From IMG/VR virus record IMGVR_UViG_3300028384_000991, positions 92,564-156,563 of that record: 64,000 nt of DNA; one strand, given 5' to 3'. The notes under the pieces were generated by a model. The model had not been told where the DNA came from. It did not search any database and worked only from the letters and a program-made list of their open reading frames with translations. This stretch comes from a virus. This document shows positions 16,577 to 25,529 of the stretch, in pieces. Numbering within the stretch: the first letter of the stretch is position 1; the number at the start of each line of letters is the position of its first letter. Made by a program: the position numbers and the translations under genes.

Positions 16577-16905
16577 TAGTACTCGCCTTCTTTAAATGCT
16601 TCTACTTCCTCTTCGTAAATCATTTCTGCAAGTGATTTACGTTCATCCATTGTGATTAATTTGTTTGGATCTTGTGCGATATCATATTTTTTTACATAAT
16701 GATCAACACCTTTGTTAATCATAGGTAAAATAAATTCAATTGGCTTATCAGAGTCACCTTTGTTGTAACACTCTTGACATTTAGCCATTGTTGGATAATA
16801 TAATTGTCTATAAAATGTAGCATCATCTCTCATATGACAAAGCAAATCACTTGGAACATCATATGAAGGATTATCTTCTCTATCTAAAATATCATCAAAT
16901 TTCAT
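16576..16905 (-). CDS. Hypothetical protein
   Basis: 109 aa, MKFDDIL N-terminus, coupled. Confidence 0.65.
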   Translation of the reverse strand: MKFDDILDREDNPSYDVPSDLLCHMRDDATFYRQLYYPTMAKCQECYNKGDSDKPIEFILPMINKGVDHYVKKYDIAQDPNKLITMDERKSLAEMIYEEEVEAFKEGEY

Positions 16906-16906
16906 A

Positions 16907-17551
16907 TTACCACTTCCTGCAAGACCAATATCTTGCCTTATGTCTCGGACCTGGATTGTCGCAGTTGTGTCTTGCTCTAAATGAGCGTCTACGTGCAGGA
17001 TTAGACTTTTTAATCTTCATATTAGGATCACCAAAATTAACCTTAACTACGTTGCCTTTTGGATTCTTAACATATACTTTAAACTTCTTAACATCGCCTT
17101 GCATAGGCTTACCAAGTTTGACTTTACGTCCTTGATATTCTGCTTCGTCTACTATATCGTCCTCGTTAAACCATAGTTCGCCGTATGCATTATAAAAGTC
17201 GTCACCGTCATATGTTTCTTCATCAATGTCAGCAAGTTCTTTGATTCTTGCTAATTCATCTGATTCGCCATATGGATCTTCTGCTACAGTGCCACAATTC
17301 ACGCACTTATCACCATAATGCATTCCACTTTCTTCACCTTGGTCCAACAACAAATTATCTAATGCGCCTTCGCCTGTTTCACCATCTGCTACTAAATCTT
17401 GATTGTCTGCTTCCCAGTCGTCAATGTATTCTTGTTTTTCTTGGGGAGTCATTTTAAATTCATTTTCACCGCCACACTTTTTGCAGTTCCAAGTGTATCC
17501 ATAATCGTCATCTGTATCTTCAGCGAGATAATCTCTAAATTTTTTAGTCAT
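16907..17551 (-). CDS. Modular putative capsid-internal protein: acidic Zn-ribbon region plus basic C-terminal domain
   Basis: MTKKFRDYLAE; CKKC...CVNC; EAEYQGRKV...VNFGDPNM...SFRARHNC...YWSCRKW. Confidence 0.65.
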   Translation of the reverse strand: MTKKFRDYLAEDTDDDYGYTWNCKKCGGENEFKMTPQEKQEYIDDWEADNQDLVADGETGEGALDNLLLDQGEESGMHYGDKCVNCGTVAEDPYGESDELARIKELADIDEETYDGDDFYNAYGELWFNEDDIVDEAEYQGRKVKLGKPMQGDVKKFKVYVKNPKGNVVKVNFGDPNMKIKKSNPARRRSFRARHNCDNPGPRHKARYWSCRKW

Positions 17552-17601
17552 ATGATCGCACCCTTTATAATACGTATTATAAAGTATTTATCACAGTTTG
17601 T

Positions 17602-17871
17602 CTATACAGAGATTTCGATATCGAACTTAGAAAACCCTAAATCAAACAGTCTATTTGCTATTCTTTCAGCAACAGCATTAGATTCTGCTTCATCTAACTG
17701 CTTGTGGGTATCAATAGTAAGCACTGTTTCGCCTTTATCGGACTCATATACTTCATATAGTGCTTCTGATTCTGTTAGTGCTTCGTCTGTGCAGTTTAAC
17801 ACTTGTTCAGCAACAATAGCATCAACATCTTCTTGTTTGCCTTGCCATACAATATTAATAAAATTACTCAT
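17602..17871 (-). CDS. Acidic hypothetical protein
   Basis: 89 aa with AGGAG SD. Confidence 0.65.
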   Translation of the reverse strand: MSNFINIVWQGKQEDVDAIVAEQVLNCTDEALTESEALYEVYESDKGETVLTIDTHKQLDEAESNAVAERIANRLFDLGFSKFDIEISV

Positions 17872-17879
17872 AATAACTC

Positions 17880-18221
17880 CTAATGGTTTAACAAGATGCT
17901 GTTAATAGTACCATCTGTGTAAACTACTTTTGCTCTAACCCATACAAAGTTACCAGTGAAATTAGCATATTTGCTGTCAGTTTCTTGTGCGGCTGTGTAT
18001 GAATGCACTTCAAACCAGTCATCAGCATTAGGTGTAGTAGCAAGTGACGCTTCTATACTAATTGTTCCTGTTAATCCGGAATAACTGTATTGTACAGTAT
18101 GAACACCGTCTGCTCTGCTGTAATATCCGTCACCCTTGTACTTGTCTCCGGTAATAGTTTCAACTGAACTATCGCCTGGATGAGTATTTGCTGATAAAAT
18201 TATTTCACTGTTACTTGGCAT
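17880..18221 (-). CDS. Beta-rich hypothetical protein, possibly virion
   Basis: 113 aa; TAAATA 5 nt upstream of ATG. Confidence 0.6.
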   Translation of the reverse strand: MPSNSEIILSANTHPGDSSVETITGDKYKGDGYYSRADGVHTVQYSYSGLTGTISIEASLATTPNADDWFEVHSYTAAQETDSKYANFTGNFVWVRAKVVYTDGTINSILLNH

Positions 18222-18239
18222 ACAACTATTTATCTAAAT

Positions 18240-20492
18240 CTACGCTGTAACAGTTTCTGCTTGTTTGGTTGCAATAAGTTTGATCTTATTATCTTCAGTA
18301 GCAATATGTAAATGACCGCCGTTTTTAAGTTCACCAAACAACAATATCTTACTTAGATCACGTTTGATTTCTTTGTCAATTGTACGCTGTAAAGGTCTTG
18401 CACCCATCTTTTTGTCAAAGCCAACATCTACAAGATAGTCAATAGTTTCATCTGTAATATCAACTGTAACATTCTTTTCCGTAAGCATATCACGTAACTC
18501 TACAAGGAACTTACCAACAATCTTAATCATTGTGTTCTTTTCAAGTTTGCCAAATGCAATTACACCGTCAAGTCTATTACGGAATTCTGGTGCAAAGAAT
18601 TTTTTAAGTTCAGTATCTTCATACTCTACTTCAAGATCTTCATTGAAGCCGATGGCGTTTTTCTCTGCTTGTTCTGCACCTAAGTTTGTTGTTAGGATTA
18701 GTACAGCATTCTTCGCATCGGCTTCTTTCCCGTTGCTTCCGGTAACTTTTCCGTTATCCATTAATTGTAAAAGGATCTGCGATACGTCTGGATGTGCTTT
18801 TTCAACCTCATCAAGTAGTAATACACAGTTCGGATGCTCTTGCAATTTTGTAATCAATAAGCCTGCATTGTCCTCAAAGCCTACATAGCCTGGAGGTGAA
18901 CCGATAAGTTTAGCAACTGAATGCTTCTCTTGATATTCACTCATATCAAAACGCACAAGTTCTACACTTAGTTCATTTGCTAACTGTTTTGCTGTTTCTG
19001 TTTTACCAACGCCTGTTGGACCCATAAACACAAAACTACCTACAGGTTTGTTATCAGGCTTTAATCCTGCTTGTGCAACAAGAATTTTCTCTACAATTTC
19101 GTCAATTGCTTTATCTTGTCCATACACTTGCTTCTTAAGGTTGTCTTCAAGGTGTGCAAGGTTACTTGATTCTTTTTGTGATACCTGTTCTGGTGGAAGT
19201 TTAATTGCTTTTGCAAGTTCAAATTCAATTTCTTCTTTGCCTACAACTTTGTCACCTTCAACTGTTTTTAGATTAAATCTTGAACAAGCAAGATCAATTA
19301 AGTCGATCGCTTTATCAGGTAGTTTTTTATCAGCCATATACTTAACACTGAGTTTAATAGCAGTATCAATACCTTCTTCTGTAATCGTTGTAGTATGATA
19401 ATCTTCGTAGTATTTTTTAATACCTTGTAGAATAGACTTTGTCGTTGCTTTATCTGGTTCGCTTACACTAATACGTTGGAAACGTCTCATTAACGCACGA
19501 TCTTTTTCAAAGTACTTGCGATATTCTTCCCAAGTAGTTGAAGCAACAACTTTGATATCACCTTTACCAAGAGCAGGCTTTAGCATATTAGCAAGATCAT
19601 TTGCTCCACCACTGCCTCCTGCGGCACCTGCACCGTTCATCATATGTGCTTCGTCGATGAATACAATAGTTTTGCCTTGCTTTTTAATAGCATTCATTAC
19701 AAGTTTAAAACGTTCTTCAAAGTCACCTCTGTACTTTGATCCTGCCAACATTGCACTAATGTCAAGATTGTAAACTTTATATTCCTGTAAGAATTCAGGG
19801 ACTGCTTTATTAACAATATTATATGCAAGTCCTTCTGCAATAGCAGTTTTACCTACACCAGGATCGCCAACAAGCAATACATTGTTCTTTGCTCTACGTC
19901 CTAAAGAAAGTGCAATACTTTCAAGTTCTTCTGTGCGACCAATTACTGGATCAATTTTACTTTTTTCTACTTCTTTGTTTAGATCTTTTGAAAATTCACG
20001 TAGTGCTTTCTGTTCTACAGTACGCATTTCTTCATCTTCGTAAACTGCTTCTAACTCGTTGTTTAGATAATCAGCAAACTGTTCTTTTGTTAATCCGGAC
20101 TTTTGAATATGATAATATGACCAAGACTTTTTCTCATTCATAATACTTAAAAACACATCTGTGATTTCAATATGGTGTCTACCACTAAACAGTACTTGTG
20201 TAAATGCTCTATTTAAAACACGTTCAACTGTTGCAGTCTTTTTAGGTTTAAATTTCTTAGTGTTCTCTGCAGGAAGTGTAATATCTTCTAAATCTTTTTT
20301 AAGATAGTTTTCGATATTCTTTTTGATAAACTCTGGATCAGCACCAGCACCTTCAACAATTTTAGAAAACTTTTCACTGCACAGCATAGCAAATAGTAAA
20401 TGCTCAAGGGTCACGTACTCGTGATTCAGTTTCTTTGCATCACTTACTGACTTGTCAAATACTGCTTGTAAATCGTCGCTTGGTTCAACCAT
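18240..20492 (-). CDS. clpA: ATP-dependent Clp protease ATP-binding subunit ClpA
   Basis: Clp N-domain, two AAA modules (GDPGVGKT, GPTGVGKT), no ClpB coiled coil, IGF loop (NAIGF). Confidence 0.93.
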   Translation of the reverse strand: MVEPSDDLQAVFDKSVSDAKKLNHEYVTLEHLLFAMLCSEKFSKIVEGAGADPEFIKKNIENYLKKDLEDITLPAENTKKFKPKKTATVERVLNRAFTQVLFSGRHHIEITDVFLSIMNEKKSWSYYHIQKSGLTKEQFADYLNNELEAVYEDEEMRTVEQKALREFSKDLNKEVEKSKIDPVIGRTEELESIALSLGRRAKNNVLLVGDPGVGKTAIAEGLAYNIVNKAVPEFLQEYKVYNLDISAMLAGSKYRGDFEERFKLVMNAIKKQGKTIVFIDEAHMMNGAGAAGGSGGANDLANMLKPALGKGDIKVVASTTWEEYRKYFEKDRALMRRFQRISVSEPDKATTKSILQGIKKYYEDYHTTTITEEGIDTAIKLSVKYMADKKLPDKAIDLIDLACSRFNLKTVEGDKVVGKEEIEFELAKAIKLPPEQVSQKESSNLAHLEDNLKKQVYGQDKAIDEIVEKILVAQAGLKPDNKPVGSFVFMGPTGVGKTETAKQLANELSVELVRFDMSEYQEKHSVAKLIGSPPGYVGFEDNAGLLITKLQEHPNCVLLLDEVEKAHPDVSQILLQLMDNGKVTGSNGKEADAKNAVLILTTNLGAEQAEKNAIGFNEDLEVEYEDTELKKFFAPEFRNRLDGVIAFGKLEKNTMIKIVGKFLVELRDMLTEKNVTVDITDETIDYLVDVGFDKKMGARPLQRTIDKEIKRDLSKILLFGELKNGGHLHIATEDNKIKLIATKQAETVTA

Positions 20493-21012
20493 ATGTAATC
20501 ATTCCTTTAATTTTTTTAAAATACTTTTGTTGTTTTTTCTTAGCCATATCTAATTTCATTTTACTTACACGATCAATATAATTGATTCCGTACAAGTGAT
20601 CAAATTCGTGTTGGAATATTCTTGCATTCCATCCTTTAAACTCTATTTTACACTCTTTTCCGCTACTGTCAAGAAACTTTGCTACCAAAGCCTCTGCACG
20701 TTTTACCTTAAAGAACAATCCTGGAAAACTTAAACAACCTTCTTCGCCTAAGACTGTTTGTTCTGATACTGCTTCTATTCTTGGATTGATAACAGCAAAT
20801 GATTGTCCGTCTTTATAACCTTCCAAATCCTTTGGTTCCATTACAAAGATTTGTGCATCTAAGTCAACCTGATTGGCACTAAGACCTACACCATGTTCTT
20901 TGTTCATGATTTCGATCATTTGTTTTTCAATGTCTTTTGCGTCTAACTTATTAAAGTCAAATTCTTGCACTTGCTTTAATAAAGATGGATGCGGATGATA
21001 AACTAATTTCAT
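20485..21012 (-). CDS. def: Peptide deformylase
   Basis: GVGLSANQ, EGCLS, QHEFDHL. Confidence 0.95.
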   Translation of the reverse strand: MKLVYHPHPSLLKQVQEFDFNKLDAKDIEKQMIEIMNKEHGVGLSANQVDLDAQIFVMEPKDLEGYKDGQSFAVINPRIEAVSEQTVLGEEGCLSFPGLFFKVKRAEALVAKFLDSSGKECKIEFKGWNARIFQHEFDHLYGINYIDRVSKMKLDMAKKKQQKYFKKIKGMITYG

Positions 21013-21854
21013 TCCTTAATCTTTCTTATTAAATCGTATTGTTCTTCGGTTAAATTTTTTGGAATAACGCCGTTTACTTTTAGGTAAACATTTCCGGAAG
21101 CGCCTGAGTTGTAGTCTGGTAAGCCTTGACCGTGTATGCTTAGAACTGTGCCTGGTTGTGTGCCTCTTGGTACATTAATACTTATAGTCTTACCTGACGG
21201 TAAAGTAAGATTTGTGGTAGTACCAAGTATCATTTCAAAAATATCTATTTTGGTAACAGCGTGTAAATTAACTCCGTCTACATCAAAGTCTGGATGCCTT
21301 AGTATTCTTACTTTTACATTTAGGTTTCCTCTTGGAACTCCTGGTATACTATCGTCACCTAAGCCGCCATAACGTATTGTATCTCCGTGTTTTGCTCCTT
21401 TTGGTATATCAATATTAACAGTTTGTTCTTGACCACTGTTTGTTCTAAAAGTAGCAATAACACCTTTGCCTGTATACACTTCACCTACTGTAATATCACA
21501 AGCAATAGTAATGTCTCTGTTCTGTTGTGGACGTCTTTGCTGTTGAAAGCCTCGACCAAAAAATGTACCAAACAAATCATTCATGTCACCGTTGAATTCA
21601 AATCCTCCAGGACCAAAACCGCCAAAGCCTTGTTGCTGATAGCCTGCTTGTTGTGGATCAGCAGTGCCATATTGATCGTACATTGCTTTCTTTTGTGGAT
21701 CTGTTAGTGTTTGATATGCTTCATTAAGTTGGGTAAACTTCTTATGGTCACCACCCTTGTCAGGATGATGCTTTGCCGCCAATTTGCGGAATGCAGTCTT
21801 AATATCTTTTTCGGAAGCGTTACGAGAAACGCCTAACAAATCGTAATAATCCAT
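21009..21854 (-). CDS. dnaJ: DnaJ/CbpA-type co-chaperone (no Zn finger)
   Basis: J domain with HPD, G/F region, C-terminal substrate-binding domains. Confidence 0.92.
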   Translation of the reverse strand: MDYYDLLGVSRNASEKDIKTAFRKLAAKHHPDKGGDHKKFTQLNEAYQTLTDPQKKAMYDQYGTADPQQAGYQQQGFGGFGPGGFEFNGDMNDLFGTFFGRGFQQQRRPQQNRDITIACDITVGEVYTGKGVIATFRTNSGQEQTVNIDIPKGAKHGDTIRYGGLGDDSIPGVPRGNLNVKVRILRHPDFDVDGVNLHAVTKIDIFEMILGTTTNLTLPSGKTISINVPRGTQPGTVLSIHGQGLPDYNSGASGNVYLKVNGVIPKNLTEEQYDLIRKIKE

Positions 21855-21860
21855 AGCAGT

Positions 21861-21889
21861 ATTATATACTTATGTTAGGCGTTTGTCAA
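21861..21889 (-). promoter_or_regulatory. Consensus sigma70 promoter, leaderless geometry for dnaJ
   Basis: tgtcaa at 21884-21889, attata at 21861-21866, ATG 6 nt downstream, no SD. Confidence 0.8.
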
Positions 21890-21892
21890 TGA

Positions 21893-22189
21893 TTATTTGT
21901 CTGACTTCTTAGATGTACCTGTGTACAAACCAAACCATGCCGCACCAGCACCAACTACAATACTAACCAAACCTGATTGTTCCATTGTAGGATTTGGAAG
22001 AGCCATATACCAAATTACTACTTTATAAAGTAAAAAGATATATGTTGAAATAAAAATTCTTGGAAAAATTCTCCAACTGTCTACTGCTTTAGCCAAATGG
22101 ATTAACCACTGATATTTGTTTTGTGAACTGTCAGTAGTTGAAGTATCAACTTCTAAATCAATTTGAACTGTCTTCTTTACGTCTGCCAT
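21893..22189 (-). CDS. Two-TM membrane protein, holin candidate
   Basis: Two TM segments, basic C-terminus, next to lysis genes. Confidence 0.45.
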   Translation of the reverse strand: MADVKKTVQIDLEVDTSTTDSSQNKYQWLIHLAKAVDSWRIFPRIFISTYIFLLYKVVIWYMALPNPTMEQSGLVSIVVGAGAAWFGLYTGTSKKSDK

Positions 22190-22470
22190 TATTTTTTACC
22201 CTCTAATTTCTTAATTCGAGATTCTAACTCGTCTATCTTTTGGGTTACATGAGGATATTTTGTACGCCAAGCATTTGGATCATTTTGAAACCAAGTCCAG
22301 CCCCAACGTATTGCAAGATATTCAAGAAAAGCATCAAACTTTCTTACTGCCCACATTGCTATTTTTGTATCTTTAAACCAAAACAAAAATGCGGCACCAA
22401 ATAAAGCACCGGCAATACCTGTGTAAATCCACAGTCTATCAGTTGCCATTCTTTCAATCATTTCCCACAT
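22189..22470 (-). CDS. Membrane protein with C-terminal coiled coil
   Basis: N-terminal TM; GAGG SD; upstream TAAATA. Confidence 0.55.
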   Translation of the reverse strand: MWEMIERMATDRLWIYTGIAGALFGAAFLFWFKDTKIAMWAVRKFDAFLEYLAIRWGWTWFQNDPNAWRTKYPHVTQKIDELESRIKKLEGKK

Positions 22471-22501
22471 ATAAACTTCCCTCTCTTTATATGTGTATTT
22501 A

Positions 22502-22687
22502 TTAAAAAGAACAGGCTACTTCGCCTTTGGTAACTACATTATCGCGTTCTATTTTAAGGTCTTTGGGGAGATTTTTGACTTCTACTGAAGGTTTAACAGA
22601 ACAATTTTTAGTTGCAGGTGTACAACTACTTATTGTCAGTGTTAGTAGTATCAGTATCGCCTTCGTAGTATTCTTTATAAGCATCAA
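22502..22687 (-). CDS. Small lipoprotein overlapping o-spanin
   Basis: Signal peptide with lipobox ISSC; AAGGTG SD. Confidence 0.45.
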   Translation of the reverse strand: MMLIKNTTKAILILLTLTISSCTPATKNCSVKPSVEVKNLPKDLKIERDNVVTKGEVACSF

Positions 22688-23006
22688 TCACCTTTTGTTG
22701 CTTGATCATATAAGCACGTATTTGGGCGAAATTCTTTGATAGTAGTTCGTAGTCTTCGTCGCTTAAACCAAACAACACAGGATCTTTGCCTTGCTCTTTC
22801 ATTTTAGCAAAAACTTCTTCTGCATTTTCACTGTTAATAATTACCCATTTAATTTTTTCCATCTTAGCCGCTTCAGTCTGTGGTAAATTTAAGGGTGCTC
22901 TTTCTACTTCTGTTTTAAAGATATCAAGTTTGCTCACAGTTGAACAACCTGATAAAACTACTGCTAACAGTGATACTAAAAAAATATTTTTAATTGTATG
23001 GTACAT
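22626..23006 (-). CDS. o-spanin (Rz1-like lipoprotein)
   Basis: Lipobox LSGC; overlaps 3' end of i-spanin. Confidence 0.7.
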   Translation of the reverse strand: MYHTIKNIFLVSLLAVVLSGCSTVSKLDIFKTEVERAPLNLPQTEAAKMEKIKWVIINSENAEEVFAKMKEQGKDPVLFGLSDEDYELLSKNFAQIRAYMIKQQKVIDAYKEYYEGDTDTTNTDNK

Positions 23007-23478
23007 AATTCGGATTCGCTATACTTGGACATTCAGAATTGATTTCTGATTTCTTAGTAGCGTTCTTTTCCTTTTCTGTTAATGGCGCACCCATAGCAAT
23101 TTCTGCACAACGCATTGCTTTATTAGATGCATTATTAATAACACGTTCTACTGCACGATCTTTTTCAATAGCAAGTTTGCCGATATCTCTAACTTCGCCT
23201 TTGCCATTGATTTTGTTAAAACGTTCGTCAAGTGCCGCAAATTCTTTACGTAGTGTTTTGTTTGTTTCTTCGAGTTCTTTGTTTAGTTCAAGAATAGCAG
23301 TAAAGTCTTTTCGCTGTTGTTCAATAACTGCTTGTTGCTCTGATACGCTGTCTAACAGTTTTGCATTGTTTGCTTCACTAACAGCAAGGTCGCTTTTAAG
23401 TGTTTTCACATACATGAAACCACCGCCGGCACCTGCCATCATAATTAACACCATTGCTATTTTGATTGATCCAAACAT
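22990..23478 (-). CDS. i-spanin (Rz-like)
   Basis: N-terminal TM followed by long coiled coil; downstream of endolysin. Confidence 0.7.
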   Translation of the reverse strand: MFGSIKIAMVLIMMAGAGGGFMYVKTLKSDLAVSEANNAKLLDSVSEQQAVIEQQRKDFTAILELNKELEETNKTLRKEFAALDERFNKINGKGEVRDIGKLAIEKDRAVERVINNASNKAMRCAEIAMGAPLTEKEKNATKKSEINSECPSIANPNYVPYN

Positions 23479-23640
23479 TTATCTTCCTTGTTTGCAGACT
23501 TCAATGGTTACAGTCTTGCCATCTCCGTCTTGCATATCTTTGAAAAGAGGTCCTTCGTGATATTCGTGTCCGCAGTTTTTACAACTTACTCTGCCATTGC
23601 TATGGCGCTGTCTTTCACTGCATTTACTCTGTTTGTCCAT
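23479..23640 (-). CDS. Small Cys/His peptide (not in ORF track; start uncertain)
   Basis: ...VSCKNCGHEYHEGPLFKDMQDGDGKTVTIEVCKQGR fills the endolysin/i-spanin gap. Confidence 0.4.
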   Translation of the reverse strand: MDKQSKCSERQRHSNGRVSCKNCGHEYHEGPLFKDMQDGDGKTVTIEVCKQGR

Positions 23641-24113
23641 CCTGTTCCAAACGTTTTAAATGTTTTAAGTGACTCATAAAACTCTTGACGTTTTGCACTG
23701 TAGTCGTTAATTGCTTGATTAATTCCTACTGCTTCTACATAACCATTTACTTTTGCAATAGTGTTTGGTCCAATCCAACCGTCAATTTTTGTACCAACCA
23801 TAATCTGTAAGATCTTTGTTGCTCTATGACGTCCGCTATTTACGCACATATCAAATACTGCTAAATCTAAACCTGCTGGCAAGTCATCTCCTAAGATGCC
23901 ATTCCAATAATTTTTCTTATAGATTGGAGTTACATCTTTTTCTGTAAGACTTTGAATTACTTCTTTAGTTACTACTTTACCCATCCAATCTTCGTATGTT
24001 TGTCTTGTGATGCCCATGTTAGTAGCACCACCTGGATCGCTTGGATGATCAACGTATCCACCTTCGTGCTCAAGCACAATCGCTAAACAATTTCTAAAAT
24101 TATCTGTTGCCAT
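23586..24113 (-). CDS. Endolysin, glycoside hydrolase family 108
   Basis: HEGGYVDHPSDPGGATNMGIT; DGWIGPNT; F.TGWTNR. Confidence 0.93.
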   Translation of the reverse strand: MATDNFRNCLAIVLEHEGGYVDHPSDPGGATNMGITRQTYEDWMGKVVTKEVIQSLTEKDVTPIYKKNYWNGILGDDLPAGLDLAVFDMCVNSGRHRATKILQIMVGTKIDGWIGPNTIAKVNGYVEAVGINQAINDYSAKRQEFYESLKTFKTFGTGWTNRVNAVKDSAIAMAE

Positions 24114-24115
24114 TT

Positions 24116-24826
24116 TTAACCTCTTTTCAATATTAAACTGTAACCATTATTTTCAAGCACAAGTTTCTTACCATATTTTGTAATATTGTAATCACCTAAA
24201 TATTTGCTCAAATAAATGACCTCAGCGAAACCATTAATATCTAATGCTTCGTTGATATTTACCTCATCTGTTCGAACAAAATCAACAACTTTGAATGTAA
24301 TTGGATCCATGAACGTGTTCTTTATTCTTAAAGTGTGTTCATTTAGCATATCTACTTCTTCAGCATAACTCTTGTTAAAGAAGTTTTTATAGTTATCCAT
24401 GTTATTTTCATTTACTCGAATGTCGTATGCTTCCTTATCAGTAGGAACTATTTCTGCCAAATTTGTTTCATTGCAATCATGACTTCTAAAACTCTTGTAG
24501 TATCTAAACTTCATACCGTCTAAGCCTGCAATTTTAGTAATGCCATCAACCATTTCATGTATTTGTGCAGGTGCATCTTTTGATCTTTCGATTTCAACAA
24601 ACACTTTGTACATACCATCGCTTTGTTCGCCCGATGTTGCATCAGCATCTAACACAAATGGATAACCTTTTTCTAAAAAGTTTTCAAGGTCTTTTGCACT
24701 TCCTTCGTTTTTAGTTGAAAAACTAAGCACGACTATGTCGCTATCACTACCCATCTTAGATTTAAAAGAATCAATTTCGTAAATATGATCAACTAAGTCT
24801 TTAAGGTCGTCTTTTCTTAAACCCAT
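24116..24826 (-). CDS. Hypothetical protein
   Basis: 236 aa ORF, coupled. Confidence 0.7.
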   Translation of the reverse strand: MGLRKDDLKDLVDHIYEIDSFKSKMGSDSDIVVLSFSTKNEGSAKDLENFLEKGYPFVLDADATSGEQSDGMYKVFVEIERSKDAPAQIHEMVDGITKIAGLDGMKFRYYKSFRSHDCNETNLAEIVPTDKEAYDIRVNENNMDNYKNFFNKSYAEEVDMLNEHTLRIKNTFMDPITFKVVDFVRTDEVNINEALDINGFAEVIYLSKYLGDYNITKYGKKLVLENNGYSLILKRG

Positions 24827-25383
24827 TATACTGCTCCTTCTGGTGCTGGTGCTTCTGCTCCTGCTCCTACTCCTGCTTCAACACCTGCTTCTGCTGGTTG
24901 TGCTTCTGGAGTAGCATTTGGTTCAACACCTGCTTCAGTAGTAAGGTCTAACATTTCATTATAGCCACTGTAAATATCGACAATTAATTTTTTTGGCATC
25001 ATAATTTCAACCACCCAAATTTCTTTACGATCTAATTTACCTTTTTTAGTACCTGGTCTAATATCGTCGGGTGATTTAATTTTTCTTGGAACTAAGATAT
25101 GGTCTTTTTTGTATGTAACTTTACAGTCATAATCAAGTAGTCTTTTACCGCCCATTGGATCAGGCATTTTGTCTCTTGGCCACATAAATGAACAAATTAC
25201 CCAGTGCCTTTTAATATTAGGTCCTGAAACAATTTCGCCATCTTCCCAATTATCGTACACATATAAATCCAGTTCATCAAGCACTCTTTCAAAGTCTTTT
25301 AGAACCGTAAATGCGGTATCGCTTTCGTATATACCTTGTACGTTTTTAATTACTTCTGCTACGTCTTTCATATGAATATCCAA
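24826..25383 (-). CDS. Hypothetical protein with Ala/Glu/Pro-rich tail
   Basis: 185 aa ORF; TAAATA upstream. Confidence 0.7.
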   Translation of the reverse strand: MDIHMKDVAEVIKNVQGIYESDTAFTVLKDFERVLDELDLYVYDNWEDGEIVSGPNIKRHWVICSFMWPRDKMPDPMGGKRLLDYDCKVTYKKDHILVPRKIKSPDDIRPGTKKGKLDRKEIWVVEIMMPKKLIVDIYSGYNEMLDLTTEAGVEPNATPEAQPAEAGVEAGVGAGAEAPAPEGAV

Positions 25384-25529
25384 TCTTATACACTTATTTA
25401 TCCGGTTAGCATTTATAACAGTGTAGTTTTATCACGAGCAAACTTCACTAAATATTTGTGTAGGAGGCACGTATAGTGTCAAAACTATACGATGCAGACT
25501 ACTTGTTATAATCCATAAAGGAGGACTGC

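Noticed and set aside
24836-24940. Short tandem-like repeats (gctcct, gcttct) as a possible array
   Set aside because: They encode a low-complexity Ala/Glu/Pro/Gly tail; there is no repeat-spacer structure.
25384-25529. tRNA or CRISPR array in the largest intergenic gap
   Set aside because: No cloverleaf or T-loop and no direct repeats; only promoter motifs and a hairpin.
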